Positions 1-10,972 of a DNA stretch of 64,000 nucleotides are shown here, piece after piece. Location: positions 2,208,001 through 2,272,000 of the forward strand of contig CBDATQ010000001.1 of the NCBI GenBank assembly GCA_965199955.1. The letters are read 5' to 3'. The notes under the pieces were generated by a model. That model was not told the origin of the DNA. It worked only from the letters and a program-made list of their open reading frames with translations, and made no database searches. A program made the translations under genes and the position numbers. The stretch is from Spirochaetia bacterium (lineage in GTDB: Bacteria; Spirochaetota; Spirochaetia; SZUA-6; Bin103). Every line of letters begins with the position of its first letter. The stretch's first letter is position 1.

Positions 1-201
1 GCGCGGGCTGCCGGCTACCAGCTCGACGTGCGAATGAGCATCGTCGGTGAGCGAGCTGACGATGACCGTGTCGGCGGCCAACGGCTCCAGCGGCGGCAAC
101 CCGAGCCTGGCGGGCGGGTAGGGGTCGGTGACGATCGACGGACGGCCGTCGATCCAGATGCGGAAGCAGGCGTGGCCCACGAACTCGACGCTGACAGACA
201 T
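1..201 (-). CDS. MBL-fold metallo-hydrolase, N-terminal part (runs off the window edge)
   Basis: Read by hand from the ATG at 201: MSVSVEFVGHACFRIWIDGRPSIVTDPY...VIVSSLTDDAHSH. GHAC and TDP are typical MBL N-terminal motifs. Confidence 0.65.
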   Translation of the reverse strand, partial: MSVSVEFVGHACFRIWIDGRPSIVTDPYPPARLGLPPLEPLAADTVIVSSLTDDAHSHVELVAGSPR

Positions 202-224
202 CGGTGGGATCATACGCGGCGATC

Positions 225-1109
225 ATGATTCCGACCAGACCGTTCGGGAGCACCGGACACCACAGCACGCTGACCCTGTTCGGCGGCGCTGCCTTCAAGC
301 CCACCTCGACCGAGGCTGACGCCGAGCGCGTCCTGGAACTGCTGTTCCGGCACGGCGTCAACCACGTCGACACGGCGCACGGCTACGGCGGCGGCAACTC
401 GGAGACCCTCATCGGCGGCTGGATGGAGCGGCATCGCGACCGTTTCTTCCTGGCAACCAAGACCGGCGATCGGACCGCCGCGGGCGCCCGCGCCCAGGTG
501 GAGCTCTCCCGCCGCCGCCTGCGTACCGACACCATCGACCTGATCCAGTTGCATAGCCTGACCGCGGAAGAGGACTGGGCCACCGCGTTCGGTCCCGGCG
601 GCGCCCTGGAGGCGTTGGCAGAGGAGCGCGAGCAGGACCATGTGCGCTTCATCGGGGTGACCGGGCATGGGTTCGCCGCGCCGCGCATGCACCTGCGCAG
701 CCTGGAACGCTTCCCGTTCGACTCGGTGCTGCTGCCCATGAACTTCATCATGGCCAGCGACCAGCGTTACCGCGCCGACTTCGATGCGCTCAAGGCGCTG
801 TGCGACGACCGCGGTGTCGCGGTGCAGCTCATCAAGTCGACCGCGCGTCGGCCCTGGGGTGGGCGTGAACGCTCCCGCGGTCCCTGGTACGAGCCGTTGG
901 AAGTGCCGGAGGACATCGCCCGCGCCGTGGCTTACGCCCTCAGCTACGCCCCCGCGTTCATCAACGCGATGGCCGACCTCGACCTGCTACCCCTGCTGCT
1001 GCAGGCCGCGGAGTCACCGGGCGAGCGCCCCTCCGACTCCGAAATGGAGGCGATGGCCAACTCTCGCGAGATGCAGCCGATCTTCGAAGACTTGGCGATG
1101 ATCCACTAA
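225..1109 (+). CDS. Aldo/keto reductase
   Basis: RPFGSTG, DTAHGYG, LATK and DLIQLH motifs. The ATG at 225 is preferred over the GTG at 204. Confidence 0.9.
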   Translation: MIPTRPFGSTGHHSTLTLFGGAAFKPTSTEADAERVLELLFRHGVNHVDTAHGYGGGNSETLIGGWMERHRDRFFLATKTGDRTAAGARAQVELSRRRLRTDTIDLIQLHSLTAEEDWATAFGPGGALEALAEEREQDHVRFIGVTGHGFAAPRMHLRSLERFPFDSVLLPMNFIMASDQRYRADFDALKALCDDRGVAVQLIKSTARRPWGGRERSRGPWYEPLEVPEDIARAVAYALSYAPAFINAMADLDLLPLLLQAAESPGERPSDSEMEAMANSREMQPIFEDLAMIH

Positions 1110-1130
1110 GCTCGACGGAAGAGAGGGTCT

Positions 1131-1731
1131 ATGGCTTCGAGCATCCTGGAGACAGTCGACCGGCTCAAGGACGAACTCGATGCACTCCGTCCTCTTCCTT
1201 CAGCCGTGGTCGCCAGGGTCGAACAGAAGCTGAGGATCGAATCCGACTACCACTCGAACGCCGTCGAAGGCAACTCTCTCACTCTCGGCGAGACCCGGAG
1301 CCTCATCCTCCATGGCCTTACCGCGCGCGGCAAACCGATGCGCGATCATCTCGACATCCAGGGGCATGACGACGCCGTCAAGGCCATCGAGCGTGCGGTC
1401 AAGGAACACCGTGCTGACCGAAGTCTTCATCCGCAGTCCCCACCGAGTATTGCTGAAGGAACCGTACGAGACCGATGCCATGACCTCTGGCGGCCGCCGT
1501 ACGATGCGACCCATCGTCCTCGGCGACTACAAGGCAACCCCGAACAACGTGAAGACCTCGACCGGGGAGATGTACTACTTCACGCCGCCGGAGCAGGTGA
1601 AGCCGGCGATGACCGATCTCCTCGACCGGTGTCGAGCGGCAGAAAGCCGCCGGCGAGCATCCGATCATCATCGCAGCTGCGTTCCATTACCTGGTTCGTC
1701 CGCATGCACCCGTTCGACGACGGCAACGGTG
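1131..1731 (+). pseudogene. Fic-family protein, frameshifted twice and truncated
   Basis: YHSNAVEGNSLTLGET in the first frame, LGDYKATPNNV...FTPPEQV in a second frame, then HPFDDGNG back in the first frame. Similarity stops before the R-x-x-R that follows the motif. Confidence 0.85.
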
Positions 1732-1805
1732 AATGTGGGAGCAAGGGGTATCGTTGTCGCTTTGCAAAGTGTCCGGGGGTAGGCAGGATCGTGGAGGAGC
1801 AACAC

Positions 1806-2187
1806 TAGTGGACTGTAACGCTCATCATGCACCGATGTGGCGTGATGGATCAACGTAATGCCACTTCATGACCCGCGGATTCTTGTTGTATTCGCGGATG
1901 TATCTCATCAGCTTGCTCTTCAGATCCGCCACCGAACTGAACACTCCGCGGGTGATCACGTCGCGCGAGATCTTCGCAAACCACAGCTCCACCTGGTTCA
2001 GCCACGATGAGTAGGTCGGCGTGAAATGCAGCCGCACCTTCGGATGGTCGCGCGCGCCGCGCGTCTTCGGCTCGCCCAGTGCGACTCCTGGCGCGCTTGG
2101 TGAGTTCGCGATGCTCGGCCTCCGTCAATACGATTCCCTCTCCCATACCTCCAATTATAGTATTAAATCAGATGGTACGGTCCATTG
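1806..2187 (-). mobile_element. Internally deleted IS630-family element
   Basis: Transposase N-terminus (MGEGIVLTEAEHRELTKRARSR) is joined out of frame to the C-terminus (LHFTPTYSSWLNQVELWF...RYIREYN). Imperfect inverted ends: TAGTGGACTGTA (1806-1817) and TACGGTCCATTG (2176-2187). Confidence 0.8.
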
Positions 2188-2230
2188 GAGTCGAGATTTG
2201 GTCGGCGAGGAGACGAGCGGAGGTGGACGA

Positions 2231-3340
2231 TCACATCGCATGGGTGGTGAGGTGCCATACGGTGGCTGCGCAGTGGGTGACGTAGTAGGCGGACAGGATG
2301 TCGCCGTCCGGTAGCTGCATCGAAACCGGGTAGCCCACGTCGTCGACGCCGGTGCCTTCTCCCCGATGAGGGGAATGGCCGGTGCTGTCGTCGCGGAGCA
2401 CGACCGTTCCGGCGACATCCCAGGTTTCGCCTCCGTCGTCGCTGACGACGGCGCGCACGCCCATCGGCGGGCGGCGGTAGCCGTGCGTACAGAGAATGCG
2501 GCCGTCGGCGAGCTTCAGCAGGTGGGCGGGGTGTCCCCAGATCGGCGTCTTGATGGGCTCCGTTCAGGTTCTGCCGCCGCCGTCGGACCACATCTGCAGC
2601 AGGTAGTGGTCACCTCGTCCCAGGTCGCCTCGGGTGAGGGCGATGAGCCTGCCTGCCGAGACTTCGCACAGCGCGGTCTCGTTGGCCGGCACGGCCTTGG
2701 CCTTCGCGCACAGGTCGTGCAGACGCCACGTCCGGCCGGCGTCAACCGAGCGCAGCACGTACCGGGCGCTCGTCGCCGTCGTGGTCTTGGGTGTACACGC
2801 TGACGACCAGCGTGCCGTCATGCATGACGACGCCGCGGTTGAGCACCAGAAGCCCCGTGCGCCGGGCACTTTCCATTCGCGGGCCTCCCAAGTCCTGCCG
2901 CCATCGGTTGAGCGCCGCGACACCAGCAGCGGGGACTGCACGGCGATGCGGTCAGGCCGTTCCGGGAGCATGCGCACTCAGCGGCGCTGTGCCCGCGCCT
3001 CGTCGAGGCGGCCGGCGTCCCAGGCCTCGAACCCGTGCGCGCCGACGGTCACGAAGGTGTCGCCGCCGGGATCCGGGAGCACCACGGCGACGCGGTCCAT
3101 GTGCTCGTCCGCGGTGCCGAACGGCCAGTTGGCTGGGTGCGCGGGATGGTCGCACGGCTGCCATGTGCGCCCGCCGTCGTCGGACGCTATCGCCAGGAAG
3201 CGGCCGAAGGTGCTGGCGCCCGGGTGGCTGCCGATCGGGGAGGTGACCACGCCGGCGCCGATGCTGCCGTCGGGGAGCGGCCACAGCACCGGCCAGGGTG
3301 AGTAGGCATCCGGGTCGCGATAGATCACGCTGTGCTGCAT
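2231..3340 (-). pseudogene. Sialidase/BNR (Asp-box) family protein, disrupted
   Basis: Repeated S-x-D-x-G-x-T-W boxes (SDDGGRTW, STDGGRTW, SVDAGRTW, SDDGGETW) and a GYP motif. Two in-frame TGA codons (2978-2980, 2564-2566) and a pair of compensating frameshifts near 2760-2860. Confidence 0.8.
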
Positions 3341-4973
3341 GTCCACGATCATCGCGCATCGCGTCACGGTTGCAAGCGCCGTCGCCGACGGCCTGCAGGC
3401 GGCCGGCATCGACACCGTGTTCGGCCTGCCGGGAGGTGAGAACGTCCGACTGATGGAGGCGATGCGGCAGGCGGGCCTCCGGTTCGTGTTGACCGAGCAC
3501 GAGAACGCTGCCGCCTTCATGGCCGGTGCCGCCAGCCAGCTCACCCGCAAGCCCACCGCATGCATGACGACGCTCGGGCCGGGGGCGGTCAACTGCGTCG
3601 CCGGCGTCGCGCACGCGTTCCTGGACCGCTGCCCGGTGCTGGTGCTCACCGCGCAGATGGCGCCGAGCCTGCAGGACCGGCACACCCACCAGCTCGTCGA
3701 CCTGCACCGGCTGTTCGCGCCGATCACCAAGGCGACCCTGGACATCACCCCGGAGGGGGCGGCCACGGCGGTGCGCGATGCGCTGCGCATCGCCACCGGC
3801 GGGATGCCGGGCCCCGTGCACCTGCAGATTCCCAACGACGTGGCCGGGCGCGGGACGGAGCAGGTGGACCGGGACGAAGCATCACCCGCGGTCGACGATG
3901 GACCGCTGCCGGTAGCGCCGGCAGACCTCGCCCGCGCGGCGGCCGGCCTGGCTGCCGCGGAGCGGCCGGTGATCGTCGTGGGACTGGGGCTGGAGCCGGA
4001 GGGCCCCTACGCGGAGCTCCGTGCGTTCGCGAAGCGGATCGGCGCGCCGGTCCTCGCGGCTCCCAAGACGAAGGGGGCGCTTCCGGCGTCGCATCCGCTC
4101 GGCTCGGAGACGATCGGGCTGACCCGCACCGACCCCGGCTACGACCTGATCGCGGAGGCGGACCGGGTGATCGCGGTCGGCATGGACGTGGTGGAGGTGG
4201 TGCTGCCGTGGTCGGTCGAGGCGCCGGTGCTGTGGATCGCTCCGTGGCACGACAAGATCGGAGCCGCGACGGCCGAGCAGGCGCTGATCGGACCGCTCGG
4301 ACCAACTCTCGCCGACCTGACGGAGCGGCTTCCGGAGTGCCGGAGCGACTGGGGTGTGGATCGCGCTGCCCATTACCGGCAACTGCGGCGGCGCCGCAGC
4401 CACGCCGCCGCCGCCCGCGCATCCTCCGGCGTGCTCGCCCCGCAGACCGTGCTCATGGAAGCGCAGGCGGTGCTGCCGGACGACGCGGTGATCACCACGG
4501 ACGTCGGCTCGCACAAGATTCTGGCGGCGCTGGAGTGGGACGCGGAGTTGCCCAACCGCTACCTGGTCTCGAACGGCCTGTCCGCCATGGGGTTCGGGCC
4601 GGCGGCAGCGGCGGGCGCGGCGCTGACCGGCCATGAGCCGGTGCTCTGCCTGACCGGAGACGCCGGGCTGCTCATGTGCGCGGGCGGGCTCGCCACCCTG
4701 GCGCAAGTCGAGACGCCCGTGCTGATGGTCGTGCTGGTCGACGGCGCCCTGGACCTGATCCGCGCCCACCAGCGCCGCCAAGGCGCGCAGCCGTTCGGGA
4801 CCGAGTTTCCGGCCCCGGAGGTCGCCCGGATCGGCACGGCGTTTGGAATTCCGTCGGCTACGGTGGCCACCGCAGCCGACCTGCGAGCGGAGATCGCCTC
4901 CGGATTGGGGCGTGCAGGCGCCAGCGTGATTGGCGTGCGGATCGACCCGGAGTGCTACCGCGGTTCGTTCTGA
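3339..4973 (+). CDS. Thiamine-pyrophosphate-binding protein (acetolactate synthase-like)
   Basis: VFGLPGGE, HENAAAFMA, TLGPGAVN, GPVHL, DVGSH, SNGLSAMGFG and GDAG motifs. Confidence 0.9.
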   Translation: MSTIIAHRVTVASAVADGLQAAGIDTVFGLPGGENVRLMEAMRQAGLRFVLTEHENAAAFMAGAASQLTRKPTACMTTLGPGAVNCVAGVAHAFLDRCPVLVLTAQMAPSLQDRHTHQLVDLHRLFAPITKATLDITPEGAATAVRDALRIATGGMPGPVHLQIPNDVAGRGTEQVDRDEASPAVDDGPLPVAPADLARAAAGLAAAERPVIVVGLGLEPEGPYAELRAFAKRIGAPVLAAPKTKGALPASHPLGSETIGLTRTDPGYDLIAEADRVIAVGMDVVEVVLPWSVEAPVLWIAPWHDKIGAATAEQALIGPLGPTLADLTERLPECRSDWGVDRAAHYRQLRRRRSHAAAARASSGVLAPQTVLMEAQAVLPDDAVITTDVGSHKILAALEWDAELPNRYLVSNGLSAMGFGPAAAAGAALTGHEPVLCLTGDAGLLMCAGGLATLAQVETPVLMVVLVDGALDLIRAHQRRQGAQPFGTEFPAPEVARIGTAFGIPSATVATAADLRAEIASGLGRAGASVIGVRIDPECYRGSF

Positions 4974-5428
4974 ATGCCCGCTTCGGCGTAGTCCGCGCGT
5001 TTCTCCACCAGGTCGCGCCCGGGTTGTCCGGGCTGACGACCTCTACGACCAGGTCAGCTCCCGTCCAATAGCGATCCCGAAAAACGAGAGTCGTTGCGAT
5101 CCAGGAGCAGCAGAAGGTCCGGTTCGCGGAACTTTCCTGGGCGGATGCGCATGCGCAAGGCCGCCACCACCACGCCGCCGCGGGGCTGAACGTACGAGCG
5201 GAACAGGTCGTAGAGGAACAGGAGCACCAGTTGGTGGATGGATGTCGGCATCGGAAGTTCCTGGATGTGGCCGTCAGTGAACTCGATCAGGCGATTGGTG
5301 TGGTCGGTGAACCACAAATAGGCATCGTCACTCCAGTTGCCTTGCGCAGGCAGGACATCGCACAAGAGAGCGGCCAGTGCCTCCGGAGAAGTCGGCGCAG
5401 CCGCGGCCGGTTCGGTCGTCACGGACAT
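4970..5428 (-). pseudogene. Uma2-family endonuclease, frameshifted and truncated
   Basis: IEFTDGHIQELPMPTSIHQ and REPDL in the main frame. GADLVVEVVSPDN and RDLVEKRADYAEAGI lie in shifted frames, and the C-terminus is missing. Confidence 0.85.
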
Positions 5429-5489
5429 GCTGCCGTCGGAGCGTGTCGCATTCGGCGCTTCAAGGGCAAGTCGGGGAAGATGGAACCCC

Positions 5490-6296
5490 TCAGTCGCGGG
5501 GCTCGAAGCCCAGGTCGACCAGCGGCTGCACCATCTTTCGCATGCGGGGATCGTCGCACTCGATGAAGCTGCGCGGCGGCCGGAGCTCTCCGTCTGAGGA
5601 GGCCTGGCGCTCCTTCAGCCACCCCTGCTGCTCGGCGCTGACCGGGTTGGCCATGAACGCGATGGCGAGCTGCACGCGCAGGCCGGATCCCCCGAAGGCA
5701 GCGTGCGGGATGTCCTCCGTGAACACCAGCACGTCGCCCAGGCTCGACTCCAACGGAATGTGCGGCACCTCGTCCGGGCGCAGCCCCCACGGCCGGAACT
5801 CCTCCGTCGTGTTGCGGTTGCGCAGCGGCAGGTAGTAGTCGGGAGCCTGCGACCAGCGCGGGTCCACGAAACGCAGGTAGTTGCGGTGCGCGCCCGGCAC
5901 GACGCGGAGGCAGCCGTTGTCCGCAGTGAGGTCGTCCAGGTACAGCGACACCTTGATGTGCGGGAGCCCCCAGGTGACCACGCCGCTGCCACCGTGCCAT
6001 GGGGTGTCGCCCACGTGTCCGTGGCCCGCCGATCCCTCGTACACGAAGTCGTGGCCGAGGATCTTGCGAGGAATGTCCAGCAGCCGCTCGTCGGCAAGCA
6101 GCACCGCGTGGCGCTCGCCGTGCTCGCAGATGCGGGCGACGTCCCTGCTCTGCGAGCCGTCGAAGTCCGGGAACTCCTCGAGCAGAAGGCGGTCGAACTC
6201 CTCGCGCAAGGCAGCCGCCTCCGCGCGGCTGAACAGCCCGCGTAGAGGCACGTAGCCAAAGGCGATAAAGTGCATCACGTGATCGTCATTCAACAT
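5490..6296 (-). CDS. Phytanoyl-CoA dioxygenase family protein
   Basis: [24 protein letters not shown] and GDVLVF...H motifs. The usual HxD reads WHGG here. Confidence 0.8.
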   Translation of the reverse strand: MLNDDHVMHFIAFGYVPLRGLFSRAEAAALREEFDRLLLEEFPDFDGSQSRDVARICEHGERHAVLLADERLLDIPRKILGHDFVYEGSAGHGHVGDTPWHGGSGVVTWGLPHIKVSLYLDDLTADNGCLRVVPGAHRNYLRFVDPRWSQAPDYYLPLRNRNTTEEFRPWGLRPDEVPHIPLESSLGDVLVFTEDIPHAAFGGSGLRVQLAIAFMANPVSAEQQGWLKERQASSDGELRPPRSFIECDDPRMRKMVQPLVDLGFEPRD

Positions 6297-6388
6297 TCCG
6301 AACCACCGGACAGCCATCCAGAGGACAGCTTCATGCACAACGTAGAGCAGCGGCACGGCTCTGTGAACCGTTCCCGCGGGAGCGGGTC

Positions 6389-7138
6389 GTGAGCGGCCCC
6401 ATCGCGCTCGTGACCGGCGCCGGCAGCGGCGTGGGGCGCGCCACGGCGTTGACGCTGTGCGCGAACGGCTATGCCGTCTACCTGTCGGGAAGGCGGGCAG
6501 CCGCGCTCCACGAGACCGTGGAGCGGGCTCAGAGCCCGGACCGGGCGATCGCCGTGCCCTCGGACGTGACGGACGCCGACGCGGTCGCGGCGCTGTTCGA
6601 CCGGATCCGGCAGTACCACGGCCGGCTCGATCTGCTGTTCAACAACGCCGGCACGAACACGGCCGCGGTCCCTGCCGACCAGCTCGATGTCGAGCAGTGG
6701 CGGATGGTGATCGACATCAACCTCACCGGCACCTTCCTGTGCACGCGGCAGGCGATGGCGCTGATGAAGAGCCAGCGCCCGCGCGGCGGCCGCATCGTCA
6801 ACAACGGCTCGGTTTCGGCGCAGGTGTCACGGCCGAACGCCGCCGCCTACACGGCCTCCAAGTTCGGGGTTGCCGGCCTGACCCGTTCGACCGCCCTGGA
6901 CGGGCGCGCGTTCGACATCGCCTGCGGCCAGATCGACATCGGCAACGCGGCCACGGAAATGACGGAGCGGATGAACGACGGCGTGCTGCAGCCGGACGGG
7001 TCGGTGCGGCCGGAGCCGCGCATCGACGTCCAGAACGTGGCCGACGCCGTGCTCTACATGGCGTCGCTGCCGCTGGACGCGAACGTGCCGTTCATCACCG
7101 TGATGGCCACGGGGATGCCTCTGTTCGGGCGAGGATAG
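6389..7138 (+). CDS. SDR-family oxidoreductase
   Basis: [12 protein letters not shown] and YTASK motifs. Confidence 0.95.
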   Translation: MSGPIALVTGAGSGVGRATALTLCANGYAVYLSGRRAAALHETVERAQSPDRAIAVPSDVTDADAVAALFDRIRQYHGRLDLLFNNAGTNTAAVPADQLDVEQWRMVIDINLTGTFLCTRQAMALMKSQRPRGGRIVNNGSVSAQVSRPNAAAYTASKFGVAGLTRSTALDGRAFDIACGQIDIGNAATEMTERMNDGVLQPDGSVRPEPRIDVQNVADAVLYMASLPLDANVPFITVMATGMPLFGRG

Positions 7139-7156
7139 AAGCGCGACGCATCGCCG

Positions 7157-8263
7157 CTACGGCCACGTCTCCACCGGCACCCAGGATCCTGTCTCCGCTG
7201 ACTTGAGACAGGCGTCGACGTAGCTCGCGGCGTACGCGCCGTCGTCGAGGCCCGGATGCTCGCATGCAGCCCCTGGCGCTGCCGCCCGCTCGCGGAGCGC
7301 CGGCAGGACGTAGGTGCCGAAACGGTTGACGCCGGCGTCGGTCGCCACCGTCTCCACGTGCGGCGTTCCGTCGCCCCGCAGCAGTTCGATCCGTCCGGTC
7401 GTCGAGTCGGCGGCGAGCGAGGCCGTCTCACCGTGAATCTCGAGCTCCGGCGACAGGCCGCCGCGCACCCGCGCCGACTCCGAGGTCATCAGCACGCCGG
7501 CGATGCCTCCCGACAGCTCCACCAGCACCGTGCCGTGGTCCCAGGCGGAGGGGCGACGCGCGTCGTCCGCCTCGGTGCGGGCCTGCGCCTCCTGCATGTC
7601 GAGCTCGCCCGCGTACGGCTTGGAGGACTCCAGCACCTGGCCGTGCGCCAGCACGCGCCGCGGCTCTTGGTCCAGCATCCAGCGCAGCACGTCGATCATG
7701 TGCACGCCCAGGTCGGCGACTGCGCCGGCGGCCGATACAGCAGCGTCGTCGCGCCACGTGAACGCGCTCCCGGCGGTGCGCGGCATGTGGCGGCGATAGG
7801 TGAACCAGCGCACGCGCCCCACCGCGCCACCGGCGATCAGATCCCGCGCGCGTGCGAGCGGCGGCTCGTAGCGGCTCCAGAACGGCACGAAGTGGCCGAG
7901 TCCGGTCTGGCGGAACGCCTCCCGGATCGCCACGGCCTTGGCTGCCGTACGCGCCACCGGCTTCTCGCAGATCAGGTGCCTGCCGGCCGCGGCGCATGCC
8001 AGGGCCGGCTCCAGGTGCTGGTCATCCGGGGTAGCGATCAGCACCACCTGGACCTCCGGATGGGCCACGACCTCCCGCCAGTCGGTGGTTATCAGCACGG
8101 CGCCGTCCTCGTCCCGCGCTCGCTGCAGCCGCTCGCGGCGGCGCGCGCAGAGCGCCACGATGCGCGCCTGCTCGGGAATCCCGCGCAGCTCGGCGCGGTA
8201 CCTGCGTCCGATGTTGCCGGTGGCGCCGAGCACGCCCACGCCGAGCGGCCGCGCGGCGGCCAT
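7157..8263 (-). CDS. Gfo/Idh/MocA-family oxidoreductase
   Basis: GVLGATGNIG, IATPDDQH, CEKP and DLGVHMID motifs. The true start lies inside the longer 7157..8980 ORF. Confidence 0.9.
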   Translation of the reverse strand: MAAARPLGVGVLGATGNIGRRYRAELRGIPEQARIVALCARRRERLQRARDEDGAVLITTDWREVVAHPEVQVVLIATPDDQHLEPALACAAAGRHLICEKPVARTAAKAVAIREAFRQTGLGHFVPFWSRYEPPLARARDLIAGGAVGRVRWFTYRRHMPRTAGSAFTWRDDAAVSAAGAVADLGVHMIDVLRWMLDQEPRRVLAHGQVLESSKPYAGELDMQEAQARTEADDARRPSAWDHGTVLVELSGGIAGVLMTSESARVRGGLSPELEIHGETASLAADSTTGRIELLRGDGTPHVETVATDAGVNRFGTYVLPALRERAAAPGAACEHPGLDDGAYAASYVDACLKSAETGSWVPVETWP

Positions 8264-9093
8264 CAATCGAATGGCGCGATCGACCGCAGGTAGTCGGCGG
8301 TGCGGGCCGCGGCCTCGGTCGGTCCGCTCAGGCTGGCGAATGCCTGGTGCACGGTCACGTAGCCGTCGTAGCCGACATCGGCCAGCGCGGCCAGGATGGC
8401 GCCGAACGGCAGCCCCGGCTCCCACATCGGCACGTGATCGAAGGGGACCGCTCCGCGGCACCAGGTGCCCATCGAGTCCGCGCCCTGCGGATGGACGCGA
8501 TGGTTCTGCAGATAGACGTTGACGATGTGGGGGGCGAAACGGCGGATGGTCGGCACCCCGTACTCCTGCCCGGCGTGGTCGAGATTGGCCGGTTCGTAGA
8601 TCAGCCCGAAGTTGGGGCGGTCGATCGCGGACAGCACGTCCAGCGACCGGTCCACTTCCTCGAAGAGGCTGCGGGTATGGCACTGGTGGGCAAGGCGCAG
8701 ACCCCGCTCTGCCGCCTGATCGGCGGCCCGCTGCGCGTGCGGGATGTCGTCGTCTGATTTCATGCACATCCTCAACAGGTCGCTGCCCAACGCCTCGGCC
8801 AGATCGAGGTACGGGCCGATATCGCGCAGCGCTTCCGGTCCATGCACGTCGTCGTTTTCCGGGATCGGGAAGTCGCCGGTCACCATCGACACGGCGAGAC
8901 TGGCCGCGTCCAGAGTCTGCCGCCCGCGGCGGACCTGGTCCGGAGGCGAGTGGGTGCCGAGCTGGGACGCGCGCATGCACAGCGCGGCATAGCCGTTGTC
9001 GGTCGCGATGCGGGCCAGATCGTCCAGGGAGGCGGTCGCCCGCCGCTTGTCCCCGAACCCCTCGGCCACCCGTACGGAGAGTGCCAGCTTCAC
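8263..9093 (-). CDS. Sugar phosphate isomerase/epimerase (TIM barrel)
   Basis: GTG start at 9093 (KLALSVRVAE), with IDRPNFGLIYEPANL and LADVGYDGYVTVHQ motifs. Confidence 0.8.
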   Translation of the reverse strand: MKLALSVRVAEGFGDKRRATASLDDLARIATDNGYAALCMRASQLGTHSPPDQVRRGRQTLDAASLAVSMVTGDFPIPENDDVHGPEALRDIGPYLDLAEALGSDLLRMCMKSDDDIPHAQRAADQAAERGLRLAHQCHTRSLFEEVDRSLDVLSAIDRPNFGLIYEPANLDHAGQEYGVPTIRRFAPHIVNVYLQNHRVHPQGADSMGTWCRGAVPFDHVPMWEPGLPFGAILAALADVGYDGYVTVHQAFASLSGPTEAAARTADYLRSIAPFD

Positions 9094-9873
9094 GGGATCA
9101 CCTCGTTCATGGTTTCTTGGAGTCGGCCGCCTAGGCGGTCGCGCCGATACGCGAACGCCTGCTCCAGGATGCGCAGGCTGGTGCCCCAGCGGCGGCTCCG
9201 AGTCGGGCCGCGGTTGAACGCGCGGGCGCTCGCGGAAAGTGAGAGCGTGACGATCTCGTCCTCCAGCACGTCGACCTGCGTCTCGTGGATCACGTCGCCG
9301 TTCGGCGCCACGGCCAGGACGGTGCCGATGTGGTTGGCGACCACTCCCCGCAGCCCCTCGGTGGCGGGGCCGACGACGTTGCAGATGAGCACGTACGCGC
9401 TCGATCATGCCCCACAGGAACTCGTCGTCGGGCTCGGCCGGCCATTCGCCGCGCCGCGCGGCGTGCGGCGCCAGGATGACGTCCACGTCGTGGACGTATT
9501 CGTCGTTGGACAGGTGAATCTTGCGCTGCACGCCCAGGTAGCGGCCGCGATCGGCGACCAGCATCGAGTTGTACACGACGGCCCCCGACAACTCCGCCAG
9601 TCCCACGACCAGGCAGAGATCGTGACGCTCCGACAGTGCCAGCAGCTCCCGGCTCATCGGGCCGTCCGGCACCGGCTCCGCGTTCTCGGCCATCAGGTCG
9701 TGGGCGCCGTGGCCGGTGAGCTGCAGCTCCGGGCAGAGGAGGAGGCACGCCCCGTCGCGCCCCGCGTGGGCACAGGCCCGGCGCACCAAGTCGAGGTTTC
9801 GCGGAGGATCGATCAGCACCGACCGCAGCGAGGTCACGGTCACCTTCGTGTCGGTCACGCGGGCATGATACAC
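9090..9873 (-). pseudogene. Carbon-nitrogen hydrolase (nitrilase family), internally deleted and frameshifted
   Basis: CPELQLTG and QRKIHL are present, but the segment carrying the catalytic Cys is absent. The C-terminus (YVLICNVVG...) is in another frame from about 9400. Confidence 0.75.
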
Positions 9874-9922
9874 CTGCCCGCGACCACGGGTAGCCGCGAC
9901 GCCCGCGATTCGCTATAGTCCG

Positions 9923-10963
9923 GTGCAGATGAGTTCCGCGGCGCCGGCTTCCGGCGCACAGGGGTGGGGCGCGGATGAAATCCGATCGCTTCGTGACGCC
10001 ATAGCTCCGTACCGAAAGCCCTCGACTCTTCTCACGTGGTGGAACGTGGGCAACTCGGTGGTGCCGTTCGTCGCCTGCATGACCGCCGCGGCAATCGTGA
10101 TGCCGATCTCCTATTGGCTGTGCCTGCCGTTCATGGTGCTGGCCGCCGGGTTCAACATCCGCAACTTCATCATCATGCACGACGCCGGCCACGGCACGCT
10201 GTTCCGCAGCCGCCGCATGAACGGCCTGGTCGGCCACCTCACCGGGATCCTGGCGCTCACGCCGCTGCGCGACTGGTCGCACAACCACGCCATCCACCAC
10301 GCCAGCTCCGGCGACCTCGACCGTCGCACCAACACCGACATCCAGACCATCACGGTGGCCGAGTATCGGAGCCGCTCACGATGGGCGCGCCTAGGGTACC
10401 GCGCATACCGCAATCCGCTGGTCCTGCTGCTGTTCGGTTGGATCTGGAGCTTCGTGCTCAACCATCGCCTGCCGCGCAAGATCACCAAGGGGAAGGGACG
10501 AAGCTCCCTGTTGCTCACCAACCTCGGGGTCGCGGCGATGATCGTGGCGATGCTGCTGTTCGCCGGGTGGCGGTACGTGGTGCTGGTCTACCTGCCGATG
10601 ATCGGGCTCGCCGGGCTGATCGGGGTGTGGCTGTTCTACATGCAGCATCAGTTCGAGGACGTGTACTGGCGCCGGCACGAAGACTGGAAATTCGTCCGGG
10701 CGGCCATGGACGGCGCCTCGTATCTCCGGCTGCCCGCGGTGCTGCAGTGGTTCACCGGCAACATCGGCTTCCACCACATCCATCACCTGGATCCCAGGAT
10801 CCCCTACTACTACCTGCCGCGGTGCCACCGGTCACATCCGCTGATGATCCGGGCGCCGGTGCTGACCATGTTCGACACGATCAGATGCTTCCGACAAAAC
10901 CTCTACGACGAGGAAAGCGGCCGCATGGTGAGCTTCAGGAGTCTGAGCGCCAGCCCGGCCTGA
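9923..10963 (+). CDS. Membrane fatty acid desaturase
   Basis: His boxes HDAGH, HAIHH and HHIHH, plus LFYMQHQFED and transmembrane segments. Confidence 0.95.
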   Translation: MQMSSAAPASGAQGWGADEIRSLRDAIAPYRKPSTLLTWWNVGNSVVPFVACMTAAAIVMPISYWLCLPFMVLAAGFNIRNFIIMHDAGHGTLFRSRRMNGLVGHLTGILALTPLRDWSHNHAIHHASSGDLDRRTNTDIQTITVAEYRSRSRWARLGYRAYRNPLVLLLFGWIWSFVLNHRLPRKITKGKGRSSLLLTNLGVAAMIVAMLLFAGWRYVVLVYLPMIGLAGLIGVWLFYMQHQFEDVYWRRHEDWKFVRAAMDGASYLRLPAVLQWFTGNIGFHHIHHLDPRIPYYYLPRCHRSHPLMIRAPVLTMFDTIRCFRQNLYDEESGRMVSFRSLSASPA

Positions 10964-10972
10964 TCCATAGAC

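Noticed and set aside
2564..2980. Two in-frame TGA codons, one at the Trp of an Asp-box, suggesting UGA=Trp recoding
   Set aside because: The same gene uses TGG for other Trp residues and also has frameshifts, and TGA is the normal stop across the window. Nonsense mutation is the simpler explanation.
8263..9873. 536-aa nitrilase/TIM-barrel fusion in the ORF track
   Set aside because: It results from the frameshift in the decayed nitrilase gene running into the next gene, which has its own start at 9093.
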